DNA of 64,000 nt from a virus. A model generated the notes under the pieces. The model was not told the origin of the DNA, made no database searches, and was given only the letters and a program-made list of their open reading frames with translations. Below are positions 37,345 through 47,365 of this stretch, one piece after another. The DNA lies in the IMG/VR virus record IMGVR_UViG_3300027659_000022, positions 22,366 through 86,365 of that record. One strand, written 5' to 3'. Every line of letters begins with the position of its first letter. Within the stretch, counting starts at the first letter, position 1. The position numbers were made by a program, and so were the translations under genes.

Positions 37345-37800
37345 ATGAATTGGTATGATCGAGTTTCCAAGGATATTTCGAATATTCCTGATGCTGTGGC
37401 CTATTATGAAGCTGAATTAATTTCAGCAAAACAAGATGTCCGTGTAACGGGAAACATCGAGAAAGCCTCTGCGCAGATGCCTGGCATCGTAGAAACTCGG
37501 TTCAATCAACTTCAAGAAATTGAAGGTATTCTAGAATATCTCAATATCGAACTTCGAAGACTGCGTAGTCAACACTTTCGTAAATATCTCGAAAACTATC
37601 AACGTCAGCTCAGTTCCAGAGACTGTGAAAAGTTTGTGGAAGGTGAAGCTGATGTTGTAGATTTTGAAAAGATCATCAATGACTTTGCTCTGCTACGTAA
37701 CAAATGGCTAGGCATTATCAAAGCCTTAGACATCAAGCAATGGCAGTTGAGTAATATCGTCAAACTTAGAACTGCAGGACTAGAAGACGCTACTCTATGA
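37345..37800 (+). CDS. uvsY: Recombination mediator
   Basis: Helical, 151 aa, after uvsX; YLENY.R.L..RD.EKFV.GE.DV...IIKALD.K.WQL.NI.KLRTAG. Confidence 0.8.
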   Translation: MNWYDRVSKDISNIPDAVAYYEAELISAKQDVRVTGNIEKASAQMPGIVETRFNQLQEIEGILEYLNIELRRLRSQHFRKYLENYQRQLSSRDCEKFVEGEADVVDFEKIINDFALLRNKWLGIIKALDIKQWQLSNIVKLRTAGLEDATL

Positions 37801-38765
37801 CAATTTTAGTAACTGGTGGCCTAGGATTAATAGGGCACCATGTAGTTAAGAAATTAGAAGATCTCGGTGAACAAGTGGTAATCACTGACACCCGAACCAA
37901 CTACGGTATTATACCTCAGGCCGAAATCGATTATCTAATTTCTCAGAGATTAAAATCAATCACGACCGATAAAATACATCGCATTGACATCAGCGAACGA
38001 GATAGTGTAGAATGGTTGTTCAGGCACTACCGACCTTCAGCAGTGGTACATCTAGCATCATTTCCCCGGCAAAAAGTAGTTAATGCTGATCCTGCGCAAG
38101 GCGCTAAAGTCATGAGCGAAGGACTACTGAACCTATTAGAGGCCAGTGTGAAATATCAATGTCCGAGATTCCTGTATGCCAGTTCTAGCATGGTCTATGG
38201 TGATTTCAAAGATTATGTCAAAGAAGATGCTGTTTGCCGTCCACAAGGTCAGTATGGTATAATGAAATTAGCAGGCGAGTGGTTAGTACGAGATTATCAA
38301 CGTAAAGGAATCGAGCATACTATTTTTAGACCCAGTGCGGTGTATGGTCCATTAGATGTTGAGGACCGCGTGATTTCAAAGTTTCTGCTCACTGCCATGA
38401 GAGGCGGTGTATTAAAGGTAAACGGGATCCACGAAACTCTAGATTTCACCTATGTGGACGATGCAGCCCAGGGCATGGTAAAGGCACTGCTGAGTAAAAA
38501 CACCAAAAACAAAACATACAATATAACCAAAAGCCACAGTAAAACTTTGTATGCAGCCGCACAATTGGCCGTGGAGTTAGTTGGCAATGGCAGCATAGCC
38601 ATCGGTGATAAAGATCAAGATTTTCCTAGTCGAGGTGCCTTAGACATTTCTGCTGCACGTCAAGATTTCGGATTTGATCCGAAGATAGATATAGAGGAAG
38701 GTTTCGAACGTTATTATCATTGGTTGAAAAATTCTTCGTACTATCAAGCCAATCTTTTAGATTAG
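37797..38765 (+). CDS. NAD-dependent nucleotide-sugar epimerase/dehydratase (extended SDR)
   Basis: TGGLGLIG, VHLAS, YASSSMVYG, YGIMK (YxxxK) and DFTYVDD. Confidence 0.92.
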   Translation: MTILVTGGLGLIGHHVVKKLEDLGEQVVITDTRTNYGIIPQAEIDYLISQRLKSITTDKIHRIDISERDSVEWLFRHYRPSAVVHLASFPRQKVVNADPAQGAKVMSEGLLNLLEASVKYQCPRFLYASSSMVYGDFKDYVKEDAVCRPQGQYGIMKLAGEWLVRDYQRKGIEHTIFRPSAVYGPLDVEDRVISKFLLTAMRGGVLKVNGIHETLDFTYVDDAAQGMVKALLSKNTKNKTYNITKSHSKTLYAAAQLAVELVGNGSIAIGDKDQDFPSRGALDISAARQDFGFDPKIDIEEGFERYYHWLKNSSYYQANLLD

Positions 38766-38779
38766 TCATTATATGTGCA

Positions 38780-38787
38780 GATAAATA
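38780..38787 (+). promoter_or_regulatory. Late promoter box (GATAAATA), 5 nt before ATG 38793
   Basis: Heads the main glycan operon. Confidence 0.65.
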
Positions 38788-38792
38788 TCTGC

Positions 38793-39554
38793 ATGAAAAC
38801 CTTAGTACTTGTCACAGGGGGATTCGATCCTCTACACTCCGGGCACATCGCCTACTTTCGTGCAGCAAAGCAACTAGGAGACACACTGGTTGTTGGTGTT
38901 AATTCTGATGCGTGGTTGGTTCGTAAAAAAGGTCGAGCATTTATGCCTTGGAACGAACGCATGAATATCGTCAAAAATATCAAAGACGTAGATTTTGTCT
39001 TGGAATTCAATGATGATGATGGCAGCGCCAAACAGGCAATAAAATTAGCCAGACAAACATGGCCGGATCATAAAATTATATTTGCCAATGGCGGGGACCG
39101 CACAGACGCTAATATTCCGGAAATGGAGTTTGAGGATCGTAATCTCGAATTTGCATTTGGAGTTGGCGGATTCGATAAGGCCAATTCCAGTTCGTGGATA
39201 TTAGAAGAATGGAAAGCTCCTAAGACCGGCAGGGCATGGGGTTACTATCGTGTGTTACATGAAGTTCCTGGAATGAAAGTCAAAGAGTTGACCGTTGATC
39301 CCGGTAAAAGTCTGTCTATGCAAAGACATCAATCTAGATCAGAATTTTGGATAGTCAGTGAAGGGCAGGCGATGGTAAACAGAGCTACACCTTTGAATTT
39401 TGATTTACCTACTGCAGAATTAAACAAACACGAACAATTACATATCGTTCAACAAGAATGGCATCAACTCACAAATCCTTACAGCCATCCATTAAAAATT
39501 GTAGAGATACAATACGGTGATCAGTGCGTAGAAGAGGACATAGAAAGACGATGA
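38793..39554 (+). CDS. Cytidylyltransferase-like (HxGH) domain fused to a mannose-6-phosphate isomerase type II-like cupin
   Basis: TGGFDPLHSGH, GVNSD.WL.RKKG and ANGGDR; C-terminal R.WG.Y, LSMQRH..RSEFW, WHQL.N and EIQYG..C.EEDIER. Confidence 0.88.
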   Translation: MKTLVLVTGGFDPLHSGHIAYFRAAKQLGDTLVVGVNSDAWLVRKKGRAFMPWNERMNIVKNIKDVDFVLEFNDDDGSAKQAIKLARQTWPDHKIIFANGGDRTDANIPEMEFEDRNLEFAFGVGGFDKANSSSWILEEWKAPKTGRAWGYYRVLHEVPGMKVKELTVDPGKSLSMQRHQSRSEFWIVSEGQAMVNRATPLNFDLPTAELNKHEQLHIVQQEWHQLTNPYSHPLKIVEIQYGDQCVEEDIERR

Positions 39555-40222
39555 AAGTATTTGTTGGCTATGATATCAGAGAAGATATCGCATATCAGGT
39601 CTGTGAATACAGTATACACAAACATCAATCCGCAGCACAGGTGATTCCTCTCAAGCAAAAAGAACTTAGAGAAAGCGGTGTCTATACCAGAACTGTAGAT
39701 CCTCTCAGTTCCACAGAATTTACATTCACAAGGTTTCTAGTACCTTATCTAGCAGATTATCAAGGTTGGGCTGTGTTTGTGGACTGTGATGTTGTGTTTA
39801 TCCAAGATGTCAAAGAACTGTTTGCCCAGGCCGATGATCAATATGCCGTGATGGTGGTCAAACATGATTATACCCCTAAAGAAGGGTTGAAGATGGACGG
39901 GTGTCGTCAACTTCCGTATCCAAGAAAGAACTGGAGTTCTGTGATACTATGGAATTGTGCTCATCCTTCAAATCGACAAATTACTCCGGACATCGTTAAT
40001 AGTCAAACAGGACAGTATCTACACAGATTCCAGTGGCTAGACGAAAAAGAAATAGGTGCATTGACACTAGACTGGAATTGGCTAGTGGGCTGGTATCAAG
40101 AACCTCAAGATGGCACACCTAAGGCTCTGCATTACACAGAAGGTGGGCCATGGTTCGCTGAATATAGACGCTGTGATTATCACAAGGTCTGGAAAAAATA
40201 TCTTCGAGAAATGCTCAAATGA
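39551..40222 (+). CDS. GT-A glycosyltransferase (GT8-related)
   Basis: Start 39551 (ATGA overlap); STEFTFTRFLVP, FVDCD (DxD), YPRKNWSS and LHYTEGGPW. Confidence 0.85.
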   Translation: MKVFVGYDIREDIAYQVCEYSIHKHQSAAQVIPLKQKELRESGVYTRTVDPLSSTEFTFTRFLVPYLADYQGWAVFVDCDVVFIQDVKELFAQADDQYAVMVVKHDYTPKEGLKMDGCRQLPYPRKNWSSVILWNCAHPSNRQITPDIVNSQTGQYLHRFQWLDEKEIGALTLDWNWLVGWYQEPQDGTPKALHYTEGGPWFAEYRRCDYHKVWKKYLREMLK

Positions 40223-41013
40223 TTTTCCTCAGCAAAGACGGCCAGGATCCATATATCAACATGCTAGCACAAGGCTGCGGTAAAAAAGTCACTGACACCA
40301 ACAACTTCGATTATGCCGCTAGTTCTGAACCCCTAGTGCTACGAGGCATACTCAAGAAAAAAATCATACATCGTTGCTTGGCCGATGGCCGAACATTTTA
40401 CTACGTAGATACGGGATATTTTGGCAATGAGATCACTGCTGGTAATCCCAATGGTTGGAAGTATTGGCACAGAATTGTTAAGAACGATCTACAACACAAA
40501 TATGTGGTGCCAAGATCAGATGATAGGTTTAAAAATTTCAAAAAAAAGATTTCGTCTTGGAAAAAGACAGGTTCTAAGATATTAATAGCAAAGCCTGATG
40601 ACAAGCCAATGAGATTCTATGACTACAACATGGATGTATGGCTGCAGAATACTGTTGACACTATCCGTGAATACACTGACAGGCCTATAGAGATCAGAGA
40701 TCGTGCGGCCAAGCGCATAGATAGAATACAGCACAACACACTACAAGAAGCATTAGATGACGATGTGTTTGCACTAGTGACTTTTAATAGTGTGGCCGCG
40801 GTTGAATCTGTGTTTCACGGCATACCGGTGTTCACCCTAGCACCAACGAATGCAGCTGAGCCAATGGGGCTGCAGGATCTTTCACTGATAGAAACTCCTC
40901 GTTATCCAGACAGCGACGAAGTTTATCAATGGGCTAGTCATTTGGCCTACGGTCAATTCCACAACAGCGAATTACGCAACGGCAAGGCAATGGAGATGCT
41001 ACAACATGGATGA
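40219..41013 (+). CDS. KpsS/KpsC-like GT-B glycosyltransferase paralogue 1
   Basis: YVDTGYFG, YTDRPIEIR, LVTFNSVAAVES..HGIP and LAYGQF..EL.NG.A. Confidence 0.55.
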   Translation: MIFLSKDGQDPYINMLAQGCGKKVTDTNNFDYAASSEPLVLRGILKKKIIHRCLADGRTFYYVDTGYFGNEITAGNPNGWKYWHRIVKNDLQHKYVVPRSDDRFKNFKKKISSWKKTGSKILIAKPDDKPMRFYDYNMDVWLQNTVDTIREYTDRPIEIRDRAAKRIDRIQHNTLQEALDDDVFALVTFNSVAAVESVFHGIPVFTLAPTNAAEPMGLQDLSLIETPRYPDSDEVYQWASHLAYGQFHNSELRNGKAMEMLQHG

Positions 41014-41764
41014 AGAACTATTTAGAAAATCAATCCCAGGCATACCACCCTCAGTTTTTCGAGGAGTAACCAAGAGAAAACACATACAACAACATTGGAA
41101 GGATAAAACAGATTTCTATTACATGGATACTGGGTATTTTGGAAATTTTATAAGTCTTGGAAATCCTGGTGGAACAAAATTGTTTCACAGAATAGTCAAA
41201 AACGATCTACAAAAACATTGGTTAGAGAAATATCCCGACGATCGTTGGCAAGAAATTTGTAAAATTGATTCTAGATACCAATGGAACGGATGGAAGAAAA
41301 AAGGCAACAAAATCTTAATAATTGTGCCGAATAGAAAATCGTGTGTGTTTTATGGCTACGAAGAAGGCAAGGCCAAAGACCGAGATGAAAGAAAACCCAC
41401 TTGGCTAATGAACACCATAGAAACTATAAAAAAATATACAGACATGGAGATTGTTATTAGAGAAAAAGGCAGCAGATCTGATCGACACCATCATTCAATA
41501 TTTGATGCCCTTGATGAAGGAATATTTGCCACAGTAACATTTAATAGTATTGCAGCACTAGAGTCTGTGATATACGGAATTCCTGCATTTGTCACAGTAC
41601 CGTGTGCAGCATCTCCGTTAGCTCTAACAGACCTTAGTCAAATATCAAAGCCATTTTATCCAGATAAATCTCTAGTACACCAACATTGTGCATCATTGGC
41701 CTACGGACAATTTACCGGAGAAGAAATAGCCAACGGCACAGCATGGAAATTATTAAACAAATGA
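41006..41764 (+). CDS. KpsS/KpsC-like GT-B paralogue 2
   Basis: YMDTGYFG, HRIVKNDLQ, VTFNSIAALES..YGIP and LAYGQF..EIANG.AW. Confidence 0.55.
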   Translation: MDEELFRKSIPGIPPSVFRGVTKRKHIQQHWKDKTDFYYMDTGYFGNFISLGNPGGTKLFHRIVKNDLQKHWLEKYPDDRWQEICKIDSRYQWNGWKKKGNKILIIVPNRKSCVFYGYEEGKAKDRDERKPTWLMNTIETIKKYTDMEIVIREKGSRSDRHHHSIFDALDEGIFATVTFNSIAALESVIYGIPAFVTVPCAASPLALTDLSQISKPFYPDKSLVHQHCASLAYGQFTGEEIANGTAWKLLNK

Positions 41765-42855
41765 AATTACTAGTAAATGACAAAGAACTTGCACACTATC
41801 TTATAAGTCTTATAGATTTGAAAGATCATTGCGCACACATAGAGTTAAACGAAGTAAGAACTGCTGAAGCCATACAGTTTATCATTCAAAAAAGAGATCA
41901 TCACAAATTTGATATTGAAAAATACCGTGATAAGTTTAAAGAAAAACTAGTGAGAGGCATCTCTGCAGATATTGAGGGATGGCGAAGAAAAGTCGATACA
42001 GTGCTATCAAATTATAGAAAAAATTATTTCGGCCAAGTCCATAAACGAGCAGAATATGTAATAGAGAAATTAGGTGCCGAAAAGGTCATTGACGCCTATA
42101 TGAATAGTGATCAACAGTATTTTATCAAAACTGTTGGGCAACAAATTGACCCCACAGCAACGATGATTCGTCGCAGAGATTTTTCGAACAGCATAGAAGA
42201 CTGTCTATTACGGAACACAGTAGGCAATGAACATATCATTGTAGATAAAATAGATAACAATTTACCTTTTTGGTTCATTGACAGCGGATACACGAATTTT
42301 ATAGAGCCCAATAAAAAGTGGCACAGACTAGTAAGAAATCACTTACATTTCAATCGAAATTTCGTAGCGCCGGCTGATCGATTAGATATTTTTCCTAGTT
42401 TTCCTAGACCGTGGCGACGGAATGGTTCTAAAATTTTAATCGTCGAACCTGGAGAATTTGCCGCCGGTATAATGCATGTGGAAGCTAAATCTTGGGGACA
42501 GAAGGTAGCAGACGAGTTGAAAAAATACACAGATCGTCCCGTAGAATTTAGATCGAAAACAAATAAAAAAACTAGAACTAGCCTGTATCAACAACTAGTG
42601 ACTGGCGATTATTACTGTACTGTTAGCATCAATTCCAATAGTGCTGTAGAATCTATATGGGCTGGCGTTCCCGCTATTACCTTGAACAGACATGTGAGTA
42701 ATGCCGTGACTAGAAATAGCCTCTCGCAGATTAATGATTTATATTACGGACCGTTAGGGGACTGGTTAGCCTGGCTCAGTTATTGTCAATTCACCTTCGA
42801 GGAACTAATGGATGGCACAGCTTTAGATATCATAAGGAAATATCACAGTGTCTAA
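41761..42855 (+). CDS. KpsS/KpsC-like GT-B paralogue 3 with an N-terminal extension
   Basis: Start 41761; FIDSGY, YTDRPVEFR, INSNSAVES.WAGVP and LSYCQF..ELMDG.A. Confidence 0.55.
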   Translation: MKLLVNDKELAHYLISLIDLKDHCAHIELNEVRTAEAIQFIIQKRDHHKFDIEKYRDKFKEKLVRGISADIEGWRRKVDTVLSNYRKNYFGQVHKRAEYVIEKLGAEKVIDAYMNSDQQYFIKTVGQQIDPTATMIRRRDFSNSIEDCLLRNTVGNEHIIVDKIDNNLPFWFIDSGYTNFIEPNKKWHRLVRNHLHFNRNFVAPADRLDIFPSFPRPWRRNGSKILIVEPGEFAAGIMHVEAKSWGQKVADELKKYTDRPVEFRSKTNKKTRTSLYQQLVTGDYYCTVSINSNSAVESIWAGVPAITLNRHVSNAVTRNSLSQINDLYYGPLGDWLAWLSYCQFTFEELMDGTALDIIRKYHSV

Positions 42856-43771
42856 TATCACTGCTGTGGCTTATTATGCTGGTATACCTCCTAATAACAA
42901 TAATCTTGAAAAACCACAGATATTAGATTATTTTTGTCAGGGAGTTTTGACATCAGGTGATAATGCAATAGCTCACAAAGGGCTAAATGCATTGCCCTGT
43001 GATGTAGCACTGATACAAGGATTTGTACATGAACACGGCAAGTCTGCACCACATTTGCAATTAAGACAAAATGCAGTAGATCTACAAAAACGTACAAATA
43101 AGAGATCGTTGATAGTAGATAGCAATTTATTTCTATACGCAGACAAGTCTAATCCCTTGCATTACTTGAGATATAGTTTTGACGGAGTATTTCCTACCAC
43201 AGGATTTTATTTTGATCAAGATGTGGATCCTGCTCGATGGGAGCAGATCAGTAGAGATTTAGGAATTAGATTAAAACCTTGGAGGACACAAGGTAGTCAT
43301 ATTTTAATTTGCCTACAGAGAAACGGCGGATGGAGCATGAGAGGATTAGATGTTATTGAGTGGATGAACGCAACTATTTTAAAAATAAGAAAATACAGCA
43401 AAAGACCTATAATTGTTAGAGCTCATCCTGGAGATAAAAAAATTGGCAAATGTCTCAAAGTTAATCATAAATCAGTATCATTAAGTTCTCGACTTGATCT
43501 TAGAGAAGATCTGCACAATGCTTGGGCTACTGTGGTCTACAACAGCAGTCCCAGTGTGGCCAGTATTATAGAAGGCATTCCTGCATTTTTAACAGACCCG
43601 CAGCCACAACATAGTCAAAGTGTTGCAGTAGCAAATACTGACATAAGTAGAATAGAAGATCCGATAATGATCGATAGGCAAGCATGGATAGAACGATTAG
43701 CCATGTGCCATTGGAAGTTTGATGAATTGAAATCAGGCACTGCCTGGCAGTTTTTTAAAAGGTATATATGA
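42848..43771 (+). CDS. KpsS/KpsC-like GT-B paralogue 4
   Basis: ILICLQ, RPIIVRAHP, YNSSPSVASIIEGIP and LAMCHW..DELKSG.AW. Confidence 0.6.
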   Translation: MSNITAVAYYAGIPPNNNNLEKPQILDYFCQGVLTSGDNAIAHKGLNALPCDVALIQGFVHEHGKSAPHLQLRQNAVDLQKRTNKRSLIVDSNLFLYADKSNPLHYLRYSFDGVFPTTGFYFDQDVDPARWEQISRDLGIRLKPWRTQGSHILICLQRNGGWSMRGLDVIEWMNATILKIRKYSKRPIIVRAHPGDKKIGKCLKVNHKSVSLSSRLDLREDLHNAWATVVYNSSPSVASIIEGIPAFLTDPQPQHSQSVAVANTDISRIEDPIMIDRQAWIERLAMCHWKFDELKSGTAWQFFKRYI

Positions 43772-44478
43772 AATTAATGCACAACGGTTGGTATGTTCCT
43801 GACGACGACCAAAAAATAACCAGAGTTCTAGAAAATGACAGTGATAAATTATCACCTTCATACGAGGGAAAGTATCGAGAACAAATTCTAGAACATCTAC
43901 CTAATAAACGAACCTTCATTGATGTAGGAGCAAATGTAGGTATATGGAGTTTTCCTATGATTGGAAAATTCTCAAAGATTATTGGATATGAGCCGTCCAA
44001 ACAAAATATCGAATGCTTGCAGGCCAATGTAAAAGACGGAATTGAAATTAGAACCAAAGCAGTAGCAGATTTCCAAGGTGAGGCTGATTTTCATCAAGCC
44101 GGAAAAAATTGCGGCGACGGCAAATTATGTCGAGAGGGTGTGAAATCTGATTACACTGTTCCAGTGGTTAGATTAGATGATGAGCAGCTGACGGGTGTTG
44201 ATCTTATAAAAATTGATGTTCAGGGATGGGAATTAGAGGTGCTACGAGGAGCTGAACAAATTATCAAACAACAGCAACCGTGGGTTATATTTGAAGTAAA
44301 TCAAGACATTGATGTCTGTTGCGAATTTATGCAGAATCTAAACTATGAAACCATTTATACCAAAAGCAAACGAGTATTTTTATGGGCGCCGAAATCCGGG
44401 CATAACAAACCAGTTGATTCTAAACAGTTTGGTCGTTATCTAGGCCCCGGACCGTATGCTGCTAGGTTCGGTGGTTAG
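43768..44478 (+). CDS. FkbM-family SAM methyltransferase
   Basis: IDVGANVG, YEP and LIKIDVQGWELEVLRGA. Confidence 0.9.
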   Translation: MKLMHNGWYVPDDDQKITRVLENDSDKLSPSYEGKYREQILEHLPNKRTFIDVGANVGIWSFPMIGKFSKIIGYEPSKQNIECLQANVKDGIEIRTKAVADFQGEADFHQAGKNCGDGKLCREGVKSDYTVPVVRLDDEQLTGVDLIKIDVQGWELEVLRGAEQIIKQQQPWVIFEVNQDIDVCCEFMQNLNYETIYTKSKRVFLWAPKSGHNKPVDSKQFGRYLGPGPYAARFGG

Positions 44479-45240
44479 TAATTCCCAAGCAAGTCCGTTC
44501 TCTAATTCTTTATGAGAAAATTGTCTATAGGAAAGATGCTTTAACCAAGAGTATCTTTTTTCTTGATCTATGTTACCAATATTTTCAATATCTGAAAGTT
44601 TGTAATTCATTAAACTTGTTGAAGCTGAATGTCCTAATGCAATGACTGGAATTCCGCATAACAGTGCTTCGACTAGTGCATTCGACGAGTAGCCAACAAC
44701 CACATGTGTGTCATTTTTAATAAAATCTTTAAAGGTATTAGAGAGCAATCTAGTATTTCTTGAAACTGGCCTACTTCTTACCTTCATAGGACGATCAGAA
44801 TATTTTTTAATTTCTTCTTGGGTCTTTTCAACCCAATTATCTGGTAATTTAAAACTTTTAGAAATTTTTTCATCGGGCGGAACAATTACTATTGTTGCTC
44901 CCCTAACAAAGTCTTGAATTTTAGGAGATAGTAATTTCAGTCTATCGTCAGGTCTATCAACAATCGGACTCTGATCTTGAAAATTGTTTATAGATACCCT
45001 AATTATTTCTTTTCTTTTGGCATTTCCAAAATATCCGGTATCTAAATTATAAAATTTTCTATTATTCTCTATACAGTGCTGATATAATACTTCTTTGTGC
45101 GATCCTGCCCAGCATAGCGGTAATGATAAATTAGATATCGCTTCATCGACTGTAACAATTTTTCCATTACTGCCGTTTGAGAATAATTCACACCCATATT
45201 TCTCACCACCGACACATAAAAAATTTACTGTGTCCATCAT
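44440..45240 (-). CDS. KpsS/KpsC-like GT-B paralogue 5
   Basis: Start 45240 (ATGA overlap); NLDTGYFG, YSDRPMKVR, YSSNALVEALLCGIP and LSYRQF..ELENG.AW. Confidence 0.55.
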   Translation of the reverse strand: MMDTVNFLCVGGEKYGCELFSNGSNGKIVTVDEAISNLSLPLCWAGSHKEVLYQHCIENNRKFYNLDTGYFGNAKRKEIIRVSINNFQDQSPIVDRPDDRLKLLSPKIQDFVRGATIVIVPPDEKISKSFKLPDNWVEKTQEEIKKYSDRPMKVRSRPVSRNTRLLSNTFKDFIKNDTHVVVGYSSNALVEALLCGIPVIALGHSASTSLMNYKLSDIENIGNIDQEKRYSWLKHLSYRQFSHKELENGLAWELLTTEPSSIRSGA

Positions 45241-46070
45241 TGCCAATAGCGTTCCGTACGCTGTACCTTCAAATCTTCTCTTTTGCTGCGACCAAGATTC
45301 TTTCTTGAACCTTTAAGGTGATCCAACCATGCACCCCAGTCGCTGTTAATCAGTGGATGGCCTTCACCGGAGCTCATACCAGGAGCTGGTCGCAGGTCAT
45401 GTAAGTGTCCGGCCCAATCTAACTGTCGCATCTGCGGGAATTTCACACGTACAGCATCAAATACGAAACTGTCATGCCACTCTTCTAGAAGAAAAATTCC
45501 CTGTTCGGCATCATCATACATGCGCTGGAATTCTTTTAGAAAATTCTGTATATTCTCAGACCTAAGATTCATTGAGTATAATCCACATTCCGAATATTTG
45601 CCTTTCCTACCTAGATAGCACAGTTCGCTATCTGTGGGAATCATCCTGTGCAGGTCCTGTACAGTGATAGGACTATGGCATATGGTATCAGCGTCCATCC
45701 ATATCAATACATCTGCATCGGTTTCTCGAGCACAGTGAAAAATCGCATATACCTTGTGTGCGAATCTCACAGCATGCCATTTAAATCCCTTGCCTGCGTC
45801 TTTTCTTCGTGATCTCACAGGATCTGCTGAAACATCACCGTTGGCCTTGGGAACATTCCGCCAACGTTCTTTGAATGCCATTAGTTCTGGAATTTCTTCT
45901 AGTCGTTTAAGTGTGACATGATCATGGTTGCGTATAGCAGGATTACACAATTCAGGATAGATGTGTAATTTGACCTCGGCAGGCCAGTTTTGGCAGAATG
46001 TATTGATCATTCTTTGACCATATTTTTTAAGACCTTCTTCATGGAAGGTCGTGACCACTGCTATTTTCAT
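45237..46070 (-). CDS. GT-A (DxD) glycosyltransferase / nucleotide-diphospho-sugar transferase
   Basis: AVRFAHKVYAI, LIWMDADT, YSECG, WHDSFVFD and HLKG.RK. Confidence 0.7.
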   Translation of the reverse strand: MKIAVVTTFHEEGLKKYGQRMINTFCQNWPAEVKLHIYPELCNPAIRNHDHVTLKRLEEIPELMAFKERWRNVPKANGDVSADPVRSRRKDAGKGFKWHAVRFAHKVYAIFHCARETDADVLIWMDADTICHSPITVQDLHRMIPTDSELCYLGRKGKYSECGLYSMNLRSENIQNFLKEFQRMYDDAEQGIFLLEEWHDSFVFDAVRVKFPQMRQLDWAGHLHDLRPAPGMSSGEGHPLINSDWGAWLDHLKGSRKNLGRSKREDLKVQRTERYWQ

Positions 46071-46465
46071 TTAATCTTTTCCCATACGTGATAAATTCCC
46101 TGTAAACTGGTGCACTGCCATCCTGTTTTAAACAATGGCTTAGATAGATGTCTCAGTATGCAATCGTTGCCTTCGACAAATATAGTTGACCTGTGCCTTT
46201 GCCAAAAATCTTCCAGGATGTCTAATTTATCAATCTTATCTAGGTCGATGAATATAGCACCAACCTGTGTCAACACATTTAGATCATCGAAATTTTCTTT
46301 ATAGATAAGATTTCTTGCCTTAGCGGACGGTGGTGCATCATCTATCACAAATACATTGATGTAGATTTCCAACAATTGGTCGAGATTTCCAAATGCCTTG
46401 CCTACAACCAAGGCGTTTTCTGTGTAATCGGATAATTTTCTTAATCTTTTTGCGAACTTGGCCAT
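46067..46465 (-). CDS. Hypothetical protein (possible degenerate Rossmann/MTase fold)
   Basis: ALVVGKAFG and IFIDLD; coupled to the GT gene. Confidence 0.5.
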   Translation of the reverse strand: MAKFAKRLRKLSDYTENALVVGKAFGNLDQLLEIYINVFVIDDAPPSAKARNLIYKENFDDLNVLTQVGAIFIDLDKIDKLDILEDFWQRHRSTIFVEGNDCILRHLSKPLFKTGWQCTSLQGIYHVWEKIK

Positions 46466-46471
46466 AATATC

Positions 46472-46493
46472 ATTAAATACACAGTTATTTATT
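46472..46493. promoter_or_regulatory. Interlocked divergent late promoters: ATTAAATA (+, 46472-46479) and AATAAATA (-, 46486-46493)
   Basis: Both lie in the 35-bp gap between divergent genes. Confidence 0.55.
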
Positions 46494-46500
46494 ACACAAG

Positions 46501-47334
46501 ATGCGCTTCAAATTATATCGCCAATACGGTGCACTGAACAGCCAACCGATCTTTGATGCATTTGCACTGGGAGCACAGTCTCTCGGCCACAGCATAGTCG
46601 ATGATCACGAGGATGTTGCCGTGATTTGGTCAGTGCTATGGTCTGGCAGGATGAGTCGTAACCGTCAAGTCTACCAGCAGTGTAGAAATATCAAAAAATC
46701 AGTGATCATTATCGAAGTAGGCAACCTACATAGAAATCACACGTGGCGAATTTCACTAAATCATATCAATAATCTCGGAGAATTTGCCAACGACAGAGAT
46801 CTCGACTCAACTCGACCAAAAAAATTAGGTGTTAATCTCAAAGATAGAGGATCTGACCAACGACCAGACATACTCATAGCGTGTCAACACAGTCATAGTC
46901 TTCAATGGGAAGGTATGCCGCCAATGAAAACATGGGTTGAAAACACCGTGAAACAGATACGGGCTAAATCTCAACGAAAAATCATAGTGAGACCACATCC
47001 TAGATCCTTGTTTGGTCTAGACATACCAGGTGTGACCCTAGAACGCCCTCGATTGATATCAGGCAGCTATGACGATTTTGATATTTTCTATAATTATCAC
47101 TGTGTTATCAATCACAACAGCGGTCCTGCTGTGCAAGCCGCGATCCAAGGGGTACCTGTGCTGTGTGATTCCACCAGTTTGGCCTCGAATCTGTCTATCA
47201 CTTGGGATCAAATAGAAACTCCCATGATGCCAGATAGACAGGAATGGTTCTTGCGATTATGTCACACCGAATGGACTGTGGAGGAAATCAGTCAAGGCAT
47301 GCCATTAGCAAGATTAATGTCAAAAATCAGTTGA
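46501..47334 (+). CDS. KpsS/KpsC-like GT-B paralogue 6
   Basis: ILIACQ, IIVRPHP, HNSGPAVQAAIQGVP and LCHTEWT.EEISQG. Confidence 0.6.
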   Translation: MRFKLYRQYGALNSQPIFDAFALGAQSLGHSIVDDHEDVAVIWSVLWSGRMSRNRQVYQQCRNIKKSVIIIEVGNLHRNHTWRISLNHINNLGEFANDRDLDSTRPKKLGVNLKDRGSDQRPDILIACQHSHSLQWEGMPPMKTWVENTVKQIRAKSQRKIIVRPHPRSLFGLDIPGVTLERPRLISGSYDDFDIFYNYHCVINHNSGPAVQAAIQGVPVLCDSTSLASNLSITWDQIETPMMPDRQEWFLRLCHTEWTVEEISQGMPLARLMSKIS

Positions 47335-47359
47335 CTTTCAGATCCTAAACACGTATACT
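47331..47359 (+). promoter_or_regulatory. Sigma70-type promoter TTGACT-17-TATACT, 6 nt before ATG
   Basis: Near-consensus; no RBS before ATG 47366. Confidence 0.75.
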
Positions 47360-47365
47360 GTATTA

